From Candidatus Aldehydirespirator sp. (GTDB lineage: Bacteria > Actinomycetota > Acidimicrobiia > Acidimicrobiales > Aldehydirespiratoraceae), in contig OZ252146.1 in NCBI GenBank assembly GCA_965248735.1, positions 2,276,154 to 2,340,153 of the forward strand: 64,000 bases of DNA, read 5' to 3'. The number at the start of each line of letters is the position of its first letter. The stretch's first letter is position 1. The position numbers were made by a program, and so were the translations under genes. A model generated the notes under the pieces. That model searched no databases. It was not told the origin of the DNA and saw nothing but the letters and a program-made list of their open reading frames with translations. Positions 47,809 to 56,638 of the stretch are shown here, piece after piece.

Positions 47809-48734
47809 GTAAGTTCCTCCGTTGTTGGACGTATCGGGTCATCCAGTAGTGTTATGTTGTCAGGTTTTGTAGCGATGATCTCAGGGTGAGGATCGTCAGA
47901 CTCGTTAGAGAGTTGTGCTTCGTATCGGTAGACATCGACTCTCGCATACAGGATTGGCTTTGTATCCTCAGGTGCAGCGAATCCTTGTCTTCGTACCTTG
48001 GCGATGCATCGGTCGAATGCGGGATCGTGGGTAAGTCGCGTCCGCTCTGCAGTGTGGAGTACGGCATCAAACCTTTCACCGGCGGCGACGTTGAGGGAAT
48101 CGAATCCAAGATGTTCGATGGCTTCCTCGATTCTGTGCGCAAAGAGTCCGATTTCTTTGTGTATTCGCTCACGATCCAGAGAATCCAATGAATGCAACTG
48201 GATGGCATGAGCGTGTAGTTCTGCGAGGGAAACTATGACGGGCTTCAAGAGGCTGCGTATCTGATCGGCGCGCAGGTCTTCGATCTGTGTTTGCATACGA
48301 CGGATGATGTTCTCATGAAACTCAGATCTACCGTGGAAGTCAGTGATTTTACTCCCAATTTGGAGGGTCAATTCGAGAAGCTGAGAGAGTGTTTCGGATT
48401 GTGCAGTCATGGGAGTCTCAAGTGGGTCTGCAACATCATTGCCGAAGGACTGATCGGCGCTCTCGCTGTCTTGTATGTCTTGAGCCTCGATCGGTGATGC
48501 TTGCCGCTCAGCCTCCCATCCGCCGATGACTCCTTGTGTGTCGAGGTCATCGAAATCGGCGGTACTGGAATCGCTATCCCCGGATGGTGGCGCGGGTTCC
48601 GGTTCGGAGGGCACGGATTCCCGGTTGAGGTCTGAGCTGGCTGCGGTCTGCGGGCCGGTGCTGGGCGGCGCCGAATCGCCCGATGCTTCAGGCTGCGTCG
48701 TCGAACCCTGCGAGTCGCTTTCGGGCCGGGTCAT
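47805..48734 (-). CDS. GrpE-like nucleotide-exchange-factor candidate with acidic S/P-rich N-terminus
   Basis: Coiled-coil 'SEFHENIIRRMQTQIEDLRADQIRSLLKPVIVSLAELH' parallels GrpE 'xEFxNYRKR...DLLPVLDNLE'. C-terminal 'AAGERFDAVLHTAE...VRRQGFAA...ILYARVDVYRYE' parallels the GrpE beta domain 'GExFDPxxHEA...VxxxGYxx...xLRPAxVxV'. ATGA overlap with Hsp70 copy 2. Confidence 0.5.
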   Translation of the reverse strand: MTRPESDSQGSTTQPEASGDSAPPSTGPQTAASSDLNRESVPSEPEPAPPSGDSDSSTADFDDLDTQGVIGGWEAERQASPIEAQDIQDSESADQSFGNDVADPLETPMTAQSETLSQLLELTLQIGSKITDFHGRSEFHENIIRRMQTQIEDLRADQIRSLLKPVIVSLAELHAHAIQLHSLDSLDRERIHKEIGLFAHRIEEAIEHLGFDSLNVAAGERFDAVLHTAERTRLTHDPAFDRCIAKVRRQGFAAPEDTKPILYARVDVYRYEAQLSNESDDPHPEIIATKPDNITLLDDPIRPTTEELT

Positions 48735-49008
48735 GGGTTAGACTTGTTGCGAGGGGAGGGTGTCAGACAGGGAGGGCGCCAGTCGCTTGGGGAGGTGGTG
48801 CAAGCGGACTGAGCGCTTCGGGCCGCGACATTCCTGCGACTTGCGATGGAGCTATGGGAAACACGCGTTCCTCCAGGGGCTGGTTCGGCGGTCGCGAGAT
48901 GATAGTGCCCATGACAACAGGGATGCAAGTGCGCCCAAGGCAAGTGGCGCGACTCTAGAAGCCGCCGATGTGACCTAGCTGAGGCAATTTCAATCGTGGA
49001 GCGGGGAC

Positions 49009-50217
49009 TTACTCGTCGTCGTCGAGAGGGAGGGTGAGGGTGAACTGCGCTCCGTAGCCCTCCCGGGAGGTCACACTGACCTCGCCGCCGTGGTTGAGGG
49101 CCACATGGCGCACGATGGACAGCCCCAGCCCGGTGCCCCCGGTGTGGCGGCTCCGGGCCCGGTCGACCCGGTAGAAGCGCTCGAAGATGCGAGACCGCTC
49201 CGCGGCCGGAATACCGATCCCGTCGTCGGCCACCCACACCTTCAGGATGCGCTGATCTGTCTCAACCCCGACGTCGACCCGGCCGCCGGGCTCGCTGAAC
49301 TTGACGGCGTTGTCGAGCAGATTGAACAGGGCCGACTCGAGGTGGAGCCGGGACCCTCGTATCGGCGCGATGTCCTCTTGGCCGGAGACGATCACCTTGA
49401 CGTCCCGCTGTTCGGCCGTCTCCGAGATGCGGTCGATGGCCGCGGCCACGACGGCGTGGATGTCCACCCGCTCGTCGCCGCGGCTGCTGTCGTCCTCCAG
49501 CATGGCCAGAGTCAGCAGGTCTTCGATGGTGTTGGCCACCCGCTGGATCTCCACCTGCATGCGGCCCGCGAAGCGGGCGGCCACTTCTGGCTCAGGATCG
49601 GCGGCCAGCAAGTCCGCCAGCAGGCTCAGGGCGCCTATCGGTGTCTTCAGCTCATGGCTGACGTTGGCCACGAAGTCGCGCCGCACCGACTCGATGCGAT
49701 GATGCTCGGTCCTGTCTCGCACTAGCGCCACTGCTCCGAGCATCTCGCCCTGGCGCTCCACGGGACGGGCCTCCACCTCGTAGCTGCGGCGGGGCTCGGT
49801 GTGCAACTCGACGTTGGTTGTCACTCGCTCGCCGGCGCGCGCCCTCTCGAGCAGGTCCTTGATGGCCCGACTCACCAGAGCCTCACCGTGGCGTGCCCGC
49901 AGGAATACCTTCGCGGCCGCATTGTGGGCGACCACCTGCCCGCTGCGGTCGCACAGCACGAGCCCCGACCGCAGCCCGTCCAGGCTCGCCTCAAGCCGCT
50001 GCGCCGCGGTCTCGGCCGAGAGGCGGCCATCCTCGGCGAGATCCTGGCGTCTCTGCGCGGCTTCGGCGAAGCGGCGGGCCGACAATCGCGGGCCAGGGTC
50101 GGACCGGCCTGCGGATGACAGGCTTCGAAGCCATCGGCGCAGCCGGGCCCGATCCAATGCGATGCCCGCTATCGCGCCGCCCATCACCAGCAGCACTGCG
50201 ACGATGAGCGTCGTCAT
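49009..50217 (-). CDS. Sensor histidine kinase, SenX3/PhoR-like
   Basis: N-terminal TM, PAS-like region, H-box 'SHELKTPIGALSLLADLL', N/G boxes 'LLDNAVKFSEPGG', 'DDGIGIP', 'GGTGLGLSIVRH'. Lies downstream of pst-phoU. Confidence 0.85.
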   Translation of the reverse strand: MTTLIVAVLLVMGGAIAGIALDRARLRRWLRSLSSAGRSDPGPRLSARRFAEAAQRRQDLAEDGRLSAETAAQRLEASLDGLRSGLVLCDRSGQVVAHNAAAKVFLRARHGEALVSRAIKDLLERARAGERVTTNVELHTEPRRSYEVEARPVERQGEMLGAVALVRDRTEHHRIESVRRDFVANVSHELKTPIGALSLLADLLAADPEPEVAARFAGRMQVEIQRVANTIEDLLTLAMLEDDSSRGDERVDIHAVVAAAIDRISETAEQRDVKVIVSGQEDIAPIRGSRLHLESALFNLLDNAVKFSEPGGRVDVGVETDQRILKVWVADDGIGIPAAERSRIFERFYRVDRARSRHTGGTGLGLSIVRHVALNHGGEVSVTSREGYGAQFTLTLPLDDDE

Positions 50218-50278
50218 GGGCGAGCGACTCTAGTCGGAGCCATGCACGCCGATGAGCGGAGTCATTCGGACAGAAACC

Positions 50279-51055
50279 CTAATGGGCCGTGTCGTCAATC
50301 GGCCTTGTCGTCGCCGTTGGGGACATCTCCGTGGGGTCCGGGGCCAGTTCCTCCATGCGGGGCTCGTCGCGGGCCCGATGCCGGGTCATCCCGGCCCGCC
50401 ACGGCATGACGCCCGACACCATGTAGCGGACCCGGTCGCTCACGTTGACGGCATGGTCGCCGATGCGCTCGTAGTAGCGGGCGATCAGGGCCAGCTGGAC
50501 CGCGGGCTGCACGTCGAGGTCGTGGGTGCGGCTGACCTCCAGAAGCGTCCGCACAAACGTGCGGTGGAGGCTGTCGAGCCGGTCGTCGATGTCGTCGAGG
50601 GCGCTGGCCAGGCCGGCGTCGCGCTCGTAGTACGAGTCGACCGAGAGCCGGATGAGCCGGATCGCCTCCTCGCTCATCTCCGCGATCAGGCCCCGCAGCT
50701 TGGGCGGCAGTTCGGTGCGGAACATGCGGCGGGCGCCCTTGCAGATGTTGCAGGCCAGCCCGCCGGTCCGCTCCAGCTCGGCTGTGATCCACATCGCGGC
50801 CAGGATCTGGCGGAGGTCTCCGGCCATGGGCTGCTGCAGCGCTATCAGGCTCTGGCACTTCTCCTCGACCTCGATGGCGGTTACGTCGATGTAGTCGTCG
50901 TCATCGATGATCTGCTGGGCCTCGACGAGGTCGTAGTTGAGCAACGCTTCGGTGGCCCTCGCGACCGCGTCGCCGGCCCGGGCCGCCAACTGGACTATCA
51001 GGTCGCTGATCTCGTCGATCTCGGCGTGGAACGTCCTCCGGGTCTGCTCGGTCAT
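50279..51055 (-). CDS. phoU: Phosphate signalling complex protein PhoU
   Basis: Two PhoU repeats. 'IIDDDDYIDV', 'ELERTGGLACNI' and 'ARYYERIGDHAVNVSDRVRYMVSG' are typical. Confidence 0.85.
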   Translation of the reverse strand: MTEQTRRTFHAEIDEISDLIVQLAARAGDAVARATEALLNYDLVEAQQIIDDDDYIDVTAIEVEEKCQSLIALQQPMAGDLRQILAAMWITAELERTGGLACNICKGARRMFRTELPPKLRGLIAEMSEEAIRLIRLSVDSYYERDAGLASALDDIDDRLDSLHRTFVRTLLEVSRTHDLDVQPAVQLALIARYYERIGDHAVNVSDRVRYMVSGVMPWRAGMTRHRARDEPRMEELAPDPTEMSPTATTRPIDDTAH

Positions 51056-51100
51056 GCTGGGGTCCTCGGTTCAAGCGCCATGCCGGTCCTGCCCTCCTCC

Positions 51101-51979
51101 TCAGCCGAACCGTCCGGTGACATAGTTCTCGGTACGCTCGTCAGAGGGGTTGGAGAAGATCTTCTGGGTGGTGTCCACCTCCACCAGGATGCCGGTGCGG
51201 TTGTCGTTCTCGGAGTGGACCTCAGCGGCGAAGAAGGCGGTGGTGTCGCTCACCCGGGCCGCCTGCTGCATATTGTGAGTCACGATCACGATCGTGTAGT
51301 CCCGCTTGATTTCCTGCATCAGGTCCTCGATGCGGGCGGTGGCGATCGGGTCGAGCGCCGAGCAGGGCTCGTCCATCAGCAGCACGTCGGGGCCGACTGC
51401 GATGGCCCGGGCGATGCACAGCCTTTGCTGCTGGCCGCCAGACAGCTCGAAGGCTGAATCCTTGAGGCGGTCGTTGACTTCCTCCCACAGGGCTGCCTTG
51501 CGCAGCGAGTGCTCCACGATGTCGTCGAGCCCCTTCTTCTGGCCGGCCACGCGGGGCCCGTAGGCGACGTTGTCGTAGATCGACTTCGGGAACGGGTTGG
51601 GCTTTTGGAAGACCATGCCGACGCGGCGCCGCACCTCCACGGGATCGACTCGCTCGTCGTAGAGGTCCGCGCCGCGGTAGGTGATGGAGCCGGTCACCCG
51701 GGCATCCTTGATGAGGTCGTTCATCCGGTTGTAGCAGCGCAGCACTGTGGACTTGCCGCAGCCCGAGGGGCCGATGAGGGCCATGATCTCGTTCTTGCGC
51801 ACGTCGAAGGTGACGTCGCGCACTGCACGGAAGGTGCCGTAGTAGACGTTCACGTCTCGGGAGCGGAACACGACATCGCGCTCGGTTGCCAGCGGGGGCA
51901 TCCCCGGTGCCGGGCTCGTCTCGCCAGCGGTGGCGACCGGGCGTTCGATGAGGCGGGGAGAGTCATCTGTCATCGACAC
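51101..51979 (-). CDS. pstB: Phosphate ABC transporter ATP-binding protein PstB
   Basis: 'GPSGCGKST', '[14 protein letters not shown]', '[12 protein letters not shown]', 'TGRFG' C-terminus. The start may be downstream of 51979. Confidence 0.9.
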   Translation of the reverse strand: MSMTDDSPRLIERPVATAGETSPAPGMPPLATERDVVFRSRDVNVYYGTFRAVRDVTFDVRKNEIMALIGPSGCGKSTVLRCYNRMNDLIKDARVTGSITYRGADLYDERVDPVEVRRRVGMVFQKPNPFPKSIYDNVAYGPRVAGQKKGLDDIVEHSLRKAALWEEVNDRLKDSAFELSGGQQQRLCIARAIAVGPDVLLMDEPCSALDPIATARIEDLMQEIKRDYTIVIVTHNMQQAARVSDTTAFFAAEVHSENDNRTGILVEVDTTQKIFSNPSDERTENYVTGRFG

Positions 51980-51980
51980 T

Positions 51981-52943
51981 TCAGCCTCTCTTCTTCTCGA
52001 ATCGGTTCCGCAACAGGATGGCGGCAGAGTTCATTAGTAACACGAACGCGAGCAGGACGACGATTGCGCTGGCCGCGGCGTTGGCGAATCCGACGTCCCG
52101 GCCCGACTGCACGGTCCAGCTCGTGATGACTATGGGCAGCGCGGTGAACTGATCGGTGAGGGCGCCGATGTCGAACAGCCCGGGATTGTCTCCGAGCCGC
52201 CCGGAGATCGCGCCAATCAGGATCAGCGGAGCGGCCTCTCCCACCGCCCTGGCCATCGACAGCAGCGTGCCGGTGAGGATGCCCGGCGCGGCGTAGGGCA
52301 GCACCTGGGTGCGGATCATCTCCCACTTGGTGGCCCCGACGCCGTAGGCGCCCTCCCGCAGGGAGGAAGGCACCGCCCGGAAGGCCTCGCCGGACGTGAT
52401 GACCACTATGGGAAGGACGAGGATGGCCAGCGTGATCCCACCCGACAGGGCCGAGCTCCCGCCGGTGAAGCGGTCGAGGCCGAAGATCTGGCCGTTGAGC
52501 AGCAATGCCAGCCCGAGCAGGCCATACACCACGGACGGCACGCCGGCGAGGTTGCGGATGTTGACCTCGATGAACGAGGTGAAGCGGTTCTTGGGCGCAT
52601 ACTCCTCGAGATAAACCGCCGCGCCGATACCTATGGGGAAGGCCAGCACGGCCACGGTGACGGCGATCCACATGGAGCCGTAGATGCCCTGGTGGATGCC
52701 GAGACGCTCGTCCTCGGACCGGGAGCGCAGCGTGCCATTGAGAAAATCCCACAGGCGGGTGCCGATCTGGTCGGTGCTGTCCCATGCGACGGTGATCAGC
52801 AGCACGGCCAGCAGGGCCAGCGTGATCAGCAAGCACGCCTGCAGCACTGTCTTGAACAGCAGACCCTGGGTGTCTGCCCGGCGCCTCTCGATGGAGGCGG
52901 CGATAGCGGCCCGGGACTTGTCATCGGAGAGGCGGCTGATCAT
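51981..52943 (-). CDS. pstA: Phosphate ABC transporter permease PstA
   Basis: Polytopic. '[14 protein letters not shown]' EAA-loop. Position between pstC and pstB. Confidence 0.85.
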   Translation of the reverse strand: MISRLSDDKSRAAIAASIERRRADTQGLLFKTVLQACLLITLALLAVLLITVAWDSTDQIGTRLWDFLNGTLRSRSEDERLGIHQGIYGSMWIAVTVAVLAFPIGIGAAVYLEEYAPKNRFTSFIEVNIRNLAGVPSVVYGLLGLALLLNGQIFGLDRFTGGSSALSGGITLAILVLPIVVITSGEAFRAVPSSLREGAYGVGATKWEMIRTQVLPYAAPGILTGTLLSMARAVGEAAPLILIGAISGRLGDNPGLFDIGALTDQFTALPIVITSWTVQSGRDVGFANAAASAIVVLLAFVLLMNSAAILLRNRFEKKRG

Positions 52944-52959
52944 TGTTCCCGGCGCATTC

Positions 52960-54111
52960 CTAGTAGGCCTCGCGGACCTTCGACACGAAGCGGGAGGCGA
53001 TGATGTTGAGGCTCAAAGTGATCAGGAACAGCAGCAGGCCCACGAAGTAGAGGCTCTGGAATGTTAGGCCCTCGCCCACGACGCTGTCGGTGCCCGAGGC
53101 CAGCGAGGCCATGGCGGCCGTCATGGTCAGGCCACCCTCGAATGGGGAGTCGGTGAACCGGGCCGCGTCGGCCGCGCCGCCGGCCATGAAGACCACCATC
53201 GTCTCGCCGATGGCCCTGGAGACGGCCACGATGAAGGCCGCCACGACGCCGGAGATGGCCGCGGGCAGCACGATCGAGGTGGCCGTTGACATCTTGCGGG
53301 CCCCGAGCCCCGCCGAGGCCTCGCGCAGCGAGTCGGGGACCGCGGTCATGGCGTCCTCGGAGATCGAGGCCACCAGCGGGATCGTCAGGATCCCCACGCC
53401 GATGCCGGCCGCAGCCAGCGATCCGGCGTTGTTGGGGGCGAAGTCCAGCCAGACATTGAGGGTCCAGGCCAGCGCCAGGGCGAAGAGGACGACCAGCATG
53501 GCTATTGACGCCGCCGCGCCGATGCGGACCGAGGGATCGGCCACTCCCTCCCGGTACTGCTTGATCTTGTTCCGGGCGATCCCTGCAGATATCGCGGCGT
53601 AGCTGAGCAGGATCACCGCGCCCAGCACCAGGAAGGCGTTCTTGCCTATGCGTCCCACGATGTTGGGCGCGATCCAGGTGAGAGCGAAGAAGCCCAGCAC
53701 GACCGAGGGGATGCCGGCCAGGATCTCCAGTGCGGGCTTCAGCCAGGACCGCACCCTCCGGTCGGCGTACTCCGACAGGTACACCGCGGCGCCCAGCCCC
53801 AGCGGTCCGCCCACCACCATGGCGATTCCGGTGACGATCAGGGAGGAGACGACGATGGTGGGAATGTCGTAGAGGCCCCGCCGGGGGAACCATCCCTGCT
53901 GTCCCCATGTGTCGGCCCACACCACCTGGGTGATGAAGGTCCACGCCTCACGCAGGAGGCTCCACACGATCAGAGTGCTCACCAGAACCGACACGAGCGC
54001 CGCCAAGACCAGGGTGTAGCGGATGATCACTTCGCGGTGCCTGCGGGAAGGCGCGATCTGGAGCTGATCGACGGTTAGGAGCTCTGGATGGACGACGCTC
54101 GTGTCGGTCAT
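52960..54111 (-). CDS. pstC: Phosphate ABC transporter permease PstC
   Basis: Polytopic. 'REASAGLGARKMST' EAA-loop. Follows pstS. Confidence 0.85.
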   Translation of the reverse strand: MTDTSVVHPELLTVDQLQIAPSRRHREVIIRYTLVLAALVSVLVSTLIVWSLLREAWTFITQVVWADTWGQQGWFPRRGLYDIPTIVVSSLIVTGIAMVVGGPLGLGAAVYLSEYADRRVRSWLKPALEILAGIPSVVLGFFALTWIAPNIVGRIGKNAFLVLGAVILLSYAAISAGIARNKIKQYREGVADPSVRIGAAASIAMLVVLFALALAWTLNVWLDFAPNNAGSLAAAGIGVGILTIPLVASISEDAMTAVPDSLREASAGLGARKMSTATSIVLPAAISGVVAAFIVAVSRAIGETMVVFMAGGAADAARFTDSPFEGGLTMTAAMASLASGTDSVVGEGLTFQSLYFVGLLLFLITLSLNIIASRFVSKVREAY

Positions 54112-54163
54112 GGCTGTTCAGGGATCTTCTTTGGGTCAGATCCGGGTGTGGCCGCCCGGTGTT

Positions 54164-55216
54164 CTAGCTGATGAGGGTGCGGCTGTGCCAACGCTCCGCG
54201 GTGTCGGCGTGGGCTGCGTCGGCGAGGGGTACGTAGCCGACCTCGCTGACGGCCTGGCTGAGGGCGTCAGAGACGTAGAAGTCGACGTAGGCGACCACAG
54301 CGGGGTTGGCGGCGGCATTGTCGGCGTTGACGTAGATCCACAGGTCCCGGCTGATGGGGTACTCGTTGGAGGCGATGGTGTCGGGGGTGGGCTGGACGCA
54401 TCCGTCGCCGCCGTCGACCTCGAGCAGCTTCACGCCGGCCGCGTTGATAGTGAAGGCGAAGCCGACCCAGCCCAGGCTGGTATCGCTGGACTGGATGCCC
54501 TGCAGGATGACGTTGTCGTCGCCGGAGGGCTTGTAGTCGACGCGGGTGGTGGCATCCACGCCGGCCTCGTCGGCGAGGTCCTCGATCACGATCTCGACGA
54601 ACGAGTCGAAGGTGCCGGACTCCTCGCCCGGTCCGAAGATGTTCAGCGGCGCGTCGGGCAGGCCCGCGGAGGCCTCGGCCCAGGTGCGGGTGCCCTCGCC
54701 GTTGGGGCCGATGAGGTCGAAGAGCTGCTCGAAGCTCAGGCACTCGACCGCGCCGTTGTTGGCGTTGGTCATCACCGCCATGCCGTCGACGCCCACCTTG
54801 AGCTCGACGATGTTGGTGATGCCGGCCTCGAAGCAGGCCTCCTTCTCGGAGTCTTTGATCTGGCGGGAGGCGTCGGAGATGTCGGTCTCGCCCGCGCAGA
54901 ACAGCTTGAAGCCGTCGCCGGTGCCGGGGCCGTCCACGGTCACCGACACATCAGGGGCCACATCCTCGAACAGCTCAGCCGCACGGATCGAGATCGGCTC
55001 AACCGTCGACGAACCCGAGATGTTCACCGAACCGGAGATGCCGGCGTCGGTGGTGCCGGAGCTGGTGGTGCCGGAGCTGGTGGTGTCGGAGCTGGTGGTG
55101 CCGGAGTCGGCCGGCGTGGAGACTTCGTCCTCGTCGCCGCCGCATGCTGCAGCCACGAGCGACATCGTCATGAGAATCACCGGCAGCCACAGCAGCCGGC
55201 GCCTTGTGTTGCGCAC
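54164..55216 (-). CDS. pstS: Phosphate-binding lipoprotein PstS
   Basis: Signal plus lipobox 'LVAAAC', S/T-rich linker, 'ISGSSTVEPI' phosphate-binding motif. First gene of pstSCAB-phoU. Confidence 0.85.
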   Translation of the reverse strand: MRNTRRRLLWLPVILMTMSLVAAACGGDEDEVSTPADSGTTSSDTTSSGTTSSGTTDAGISGSVNISGSSTVEPISIRAAELFEDVAPDVSVTVDGPGTGDGFKLFCAGETDISDASRQIKDSEKEACFEAGITNIVELKVGVDGMAVMTNANNGAVECLSFEQLFDLIGPNGEGTRTWAEASAGLPDAPLNIFGPGEESGTFDSFVEIVIEDLADEAGVDATTRVDYKPSGDDNVILQGIQSSDTSLGWVGFAFTINAAGVKLLEVDGGDGCVQPTPDTIASNEYPISRDLWIYVNADNAAANPAVVAYVDFYVSDALSQAVSEVGYVPLADAAHADTAERWHSRTLIS

Positions 55217-55310
55217 TTAGTCGTCCCTCCCTTGGGAAATGGCATGGCAAGCCCGCAGATCGCGGGTCGGGCGGCAACCTAGACAAGGCAAGGTTTCAGG
55301 CGGCTTCGGC

Positions 55311-55345
55311 AGCTGTGAACCCGAAGTGAATACCGGTGAACGGAG
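55311..55345 (-). promoter_or_regulatory. PHO-box-like direct repeats upstream of pstS
   Basis: The pstS-sense strand reads GTTCACcggtATTCACttcggGTTCACagctg: three (G/A)TTCAC units spaced 10-11 nt apart, about 95-125 nt upstream of the pstS GTG. This resembles actinobacterial PhoP/RegX3 direct-repeat boxes (GTTCAC core). Confidence 0.5.
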
Positions 55346-55354
55346 AGTTAATTC

Positions 55355-56635
55355 TCAGGCCAAGTCGGCCAGCAGCTCCGCGATCCGCCTCGCGTCGAAG
55401 CCGTTGACCTTCCCGACCACCTCGCCGGCACCGTCGAGCAGCACCACGCTGTCGTTGCCGGCACCGTAATGGCGCCAGGTGTCTGAGGAGTCGCTCCAGA
55501 GCATGGTCGGCGGGCCCCCGTAGACGACTGGGAAGTTCTCGGCTCGAGAGAGGTCGTCCTGCGCGCCCACACCGATCACGACGACTCGGTCGGCGTTGTC
55601 TCGGGCCAACTGCCCGACGGCGGACGCACTCCGCCGGCAGAACGGTCAATACGGTGCCCAGAACCAGAACAGCAGCGGCGTGGAGCCGTCCACGAAGTCC
55701 CGGAGACTCACCGTCTCTCCGGTGCGCACATCGATCATCTGGTGATCCGGGACGTCGGTCTCGACGGTGGGTGCGGCCGTGGTAGTGGGCGTTGCTGTGG
55801 TGGTGGGCGCGGCTGTGGTGGTGGCCTCGGCTTCGGCGGCTGCCGCGGCTTGGGCCTCGGCGGCTGCGGCTTCGGCGGCTGCGGCTTCGGCGGCTTGGGC
55901 CTCGGCGGCTGCGGCTTCGGCGGCTGCGGCTTCGGCGGCTTGGGCCTCGGCTTCGGCGGCGGCTTGGGCTTCGGCGGCTGCGGCTTCGGCGGCGGCTTGG
56001 GCTTCGGCGGCTTCGGCGGCTGCTAAGGCTTGGGCTGCGGCTTCGGCGGCGGCTTGGAATGCGGCTTCCTCGGCGGCTTGGGCTGCGGCTTGGAATGCGG
56101 CTTCCTCGGCGGCTTGGGCGGCGGCTTCGGCCTCGGCGGCTTCGGCTTCGGCCTGGGCCTGCTGCAGTTGCTCCGCAAGCTCGGCGACTACCGCGGGGTC
56201 TACAGCTCCTTCAGGCTCAGCTTCGGCAGCCTCGAGTGCAAGCTCGGCCTCGGCTGCCTTGGCAGCGGCAGCTTCGGCGGCGGCAGCGGCGGCGGCGGCT
56301 GCGGTTTCGGCCTCGGCGGCTGCGGCTTCGGCGGCGGCGGCTGCGGCTTCGGCGGCTGCGGCTGCGGCTTCGGCTTGAGCCTGCTCTAGCGCGGCGGCAT
56401 CCGCGGCGCTGGTGGTGGAGGTCTTCGCGTCGGTCTCGGATGCTGCGGTCGTGGGAGGAGAGACGTCCGCGGCGACCCCGGTGTCTCCAGCTGGCTGGGT
56501 CTCCGTGGGCGCGTCGTCAGTGGCACCGGTGCTCTGGCCGCCGACACTCGGCTCCGGGTCGCGGCCGCAGGCGGAGGCCAGCACCGCAAGGGCAAGGAGC
56601 ACCGCGACAGTTGGGGCGCGGGACGGCATCTTCAT
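55355..56635 (-). CDS. Thioredoxin-fold (TlpA/redoxin-like) lipoprotein with a long Ala/Glu-rich repeat; candidate selenoprotein (UxxC, TGA at 55646-55648)
   Basis: The two track ORFs (55646-56635 and 55355-55609) are in the same frame, separated only by TGA. Read-through gives 'LLFWFWAPY-U-PFCRRSASAVGQLARDNADRVVVIGVGAQDD', i.e. the redoxin WCxxC motif with TGA at the first Cys. Lipoprotein signal 'LAVLASAC'. Confidence 0.6.
55610..55640 (-). promoter_or_regulatory. Candidate bacterial SECIS hairpin (gene A)
   Basis: mRNA sense reads CUGCC-GGCGGA-GUGCG-UCCGCC-GUCG-GGCAG, starting 6 nt after UGA. The apical loop begins 17 nt after UGA and contains GU. Confidence 0.4.
55830..56390 (-). repeat. 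Degenerate tandem GCx/GAx repeat encoding an (A/E/Q)-rich low-complexity region
   Basis: DNA is built of ...gcggcttcggcggctgcggcttcggcggcttgggcctcggc... units. It translates (minus strand) to AAEAAAAEAQAA-type repeats between the lipoprotein signal and the thioredoxin domain. Confidence 0.8.
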
Positions 56636-56638
56636 TGC

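Noticed and set aside
54101-55282. 393-aa plus-strand ORF and other frames over pstS
   Set aside because: Antisense to pstS. The product is a Gly/Val/Asp-rich mirror of the pstS codons with no motifs.
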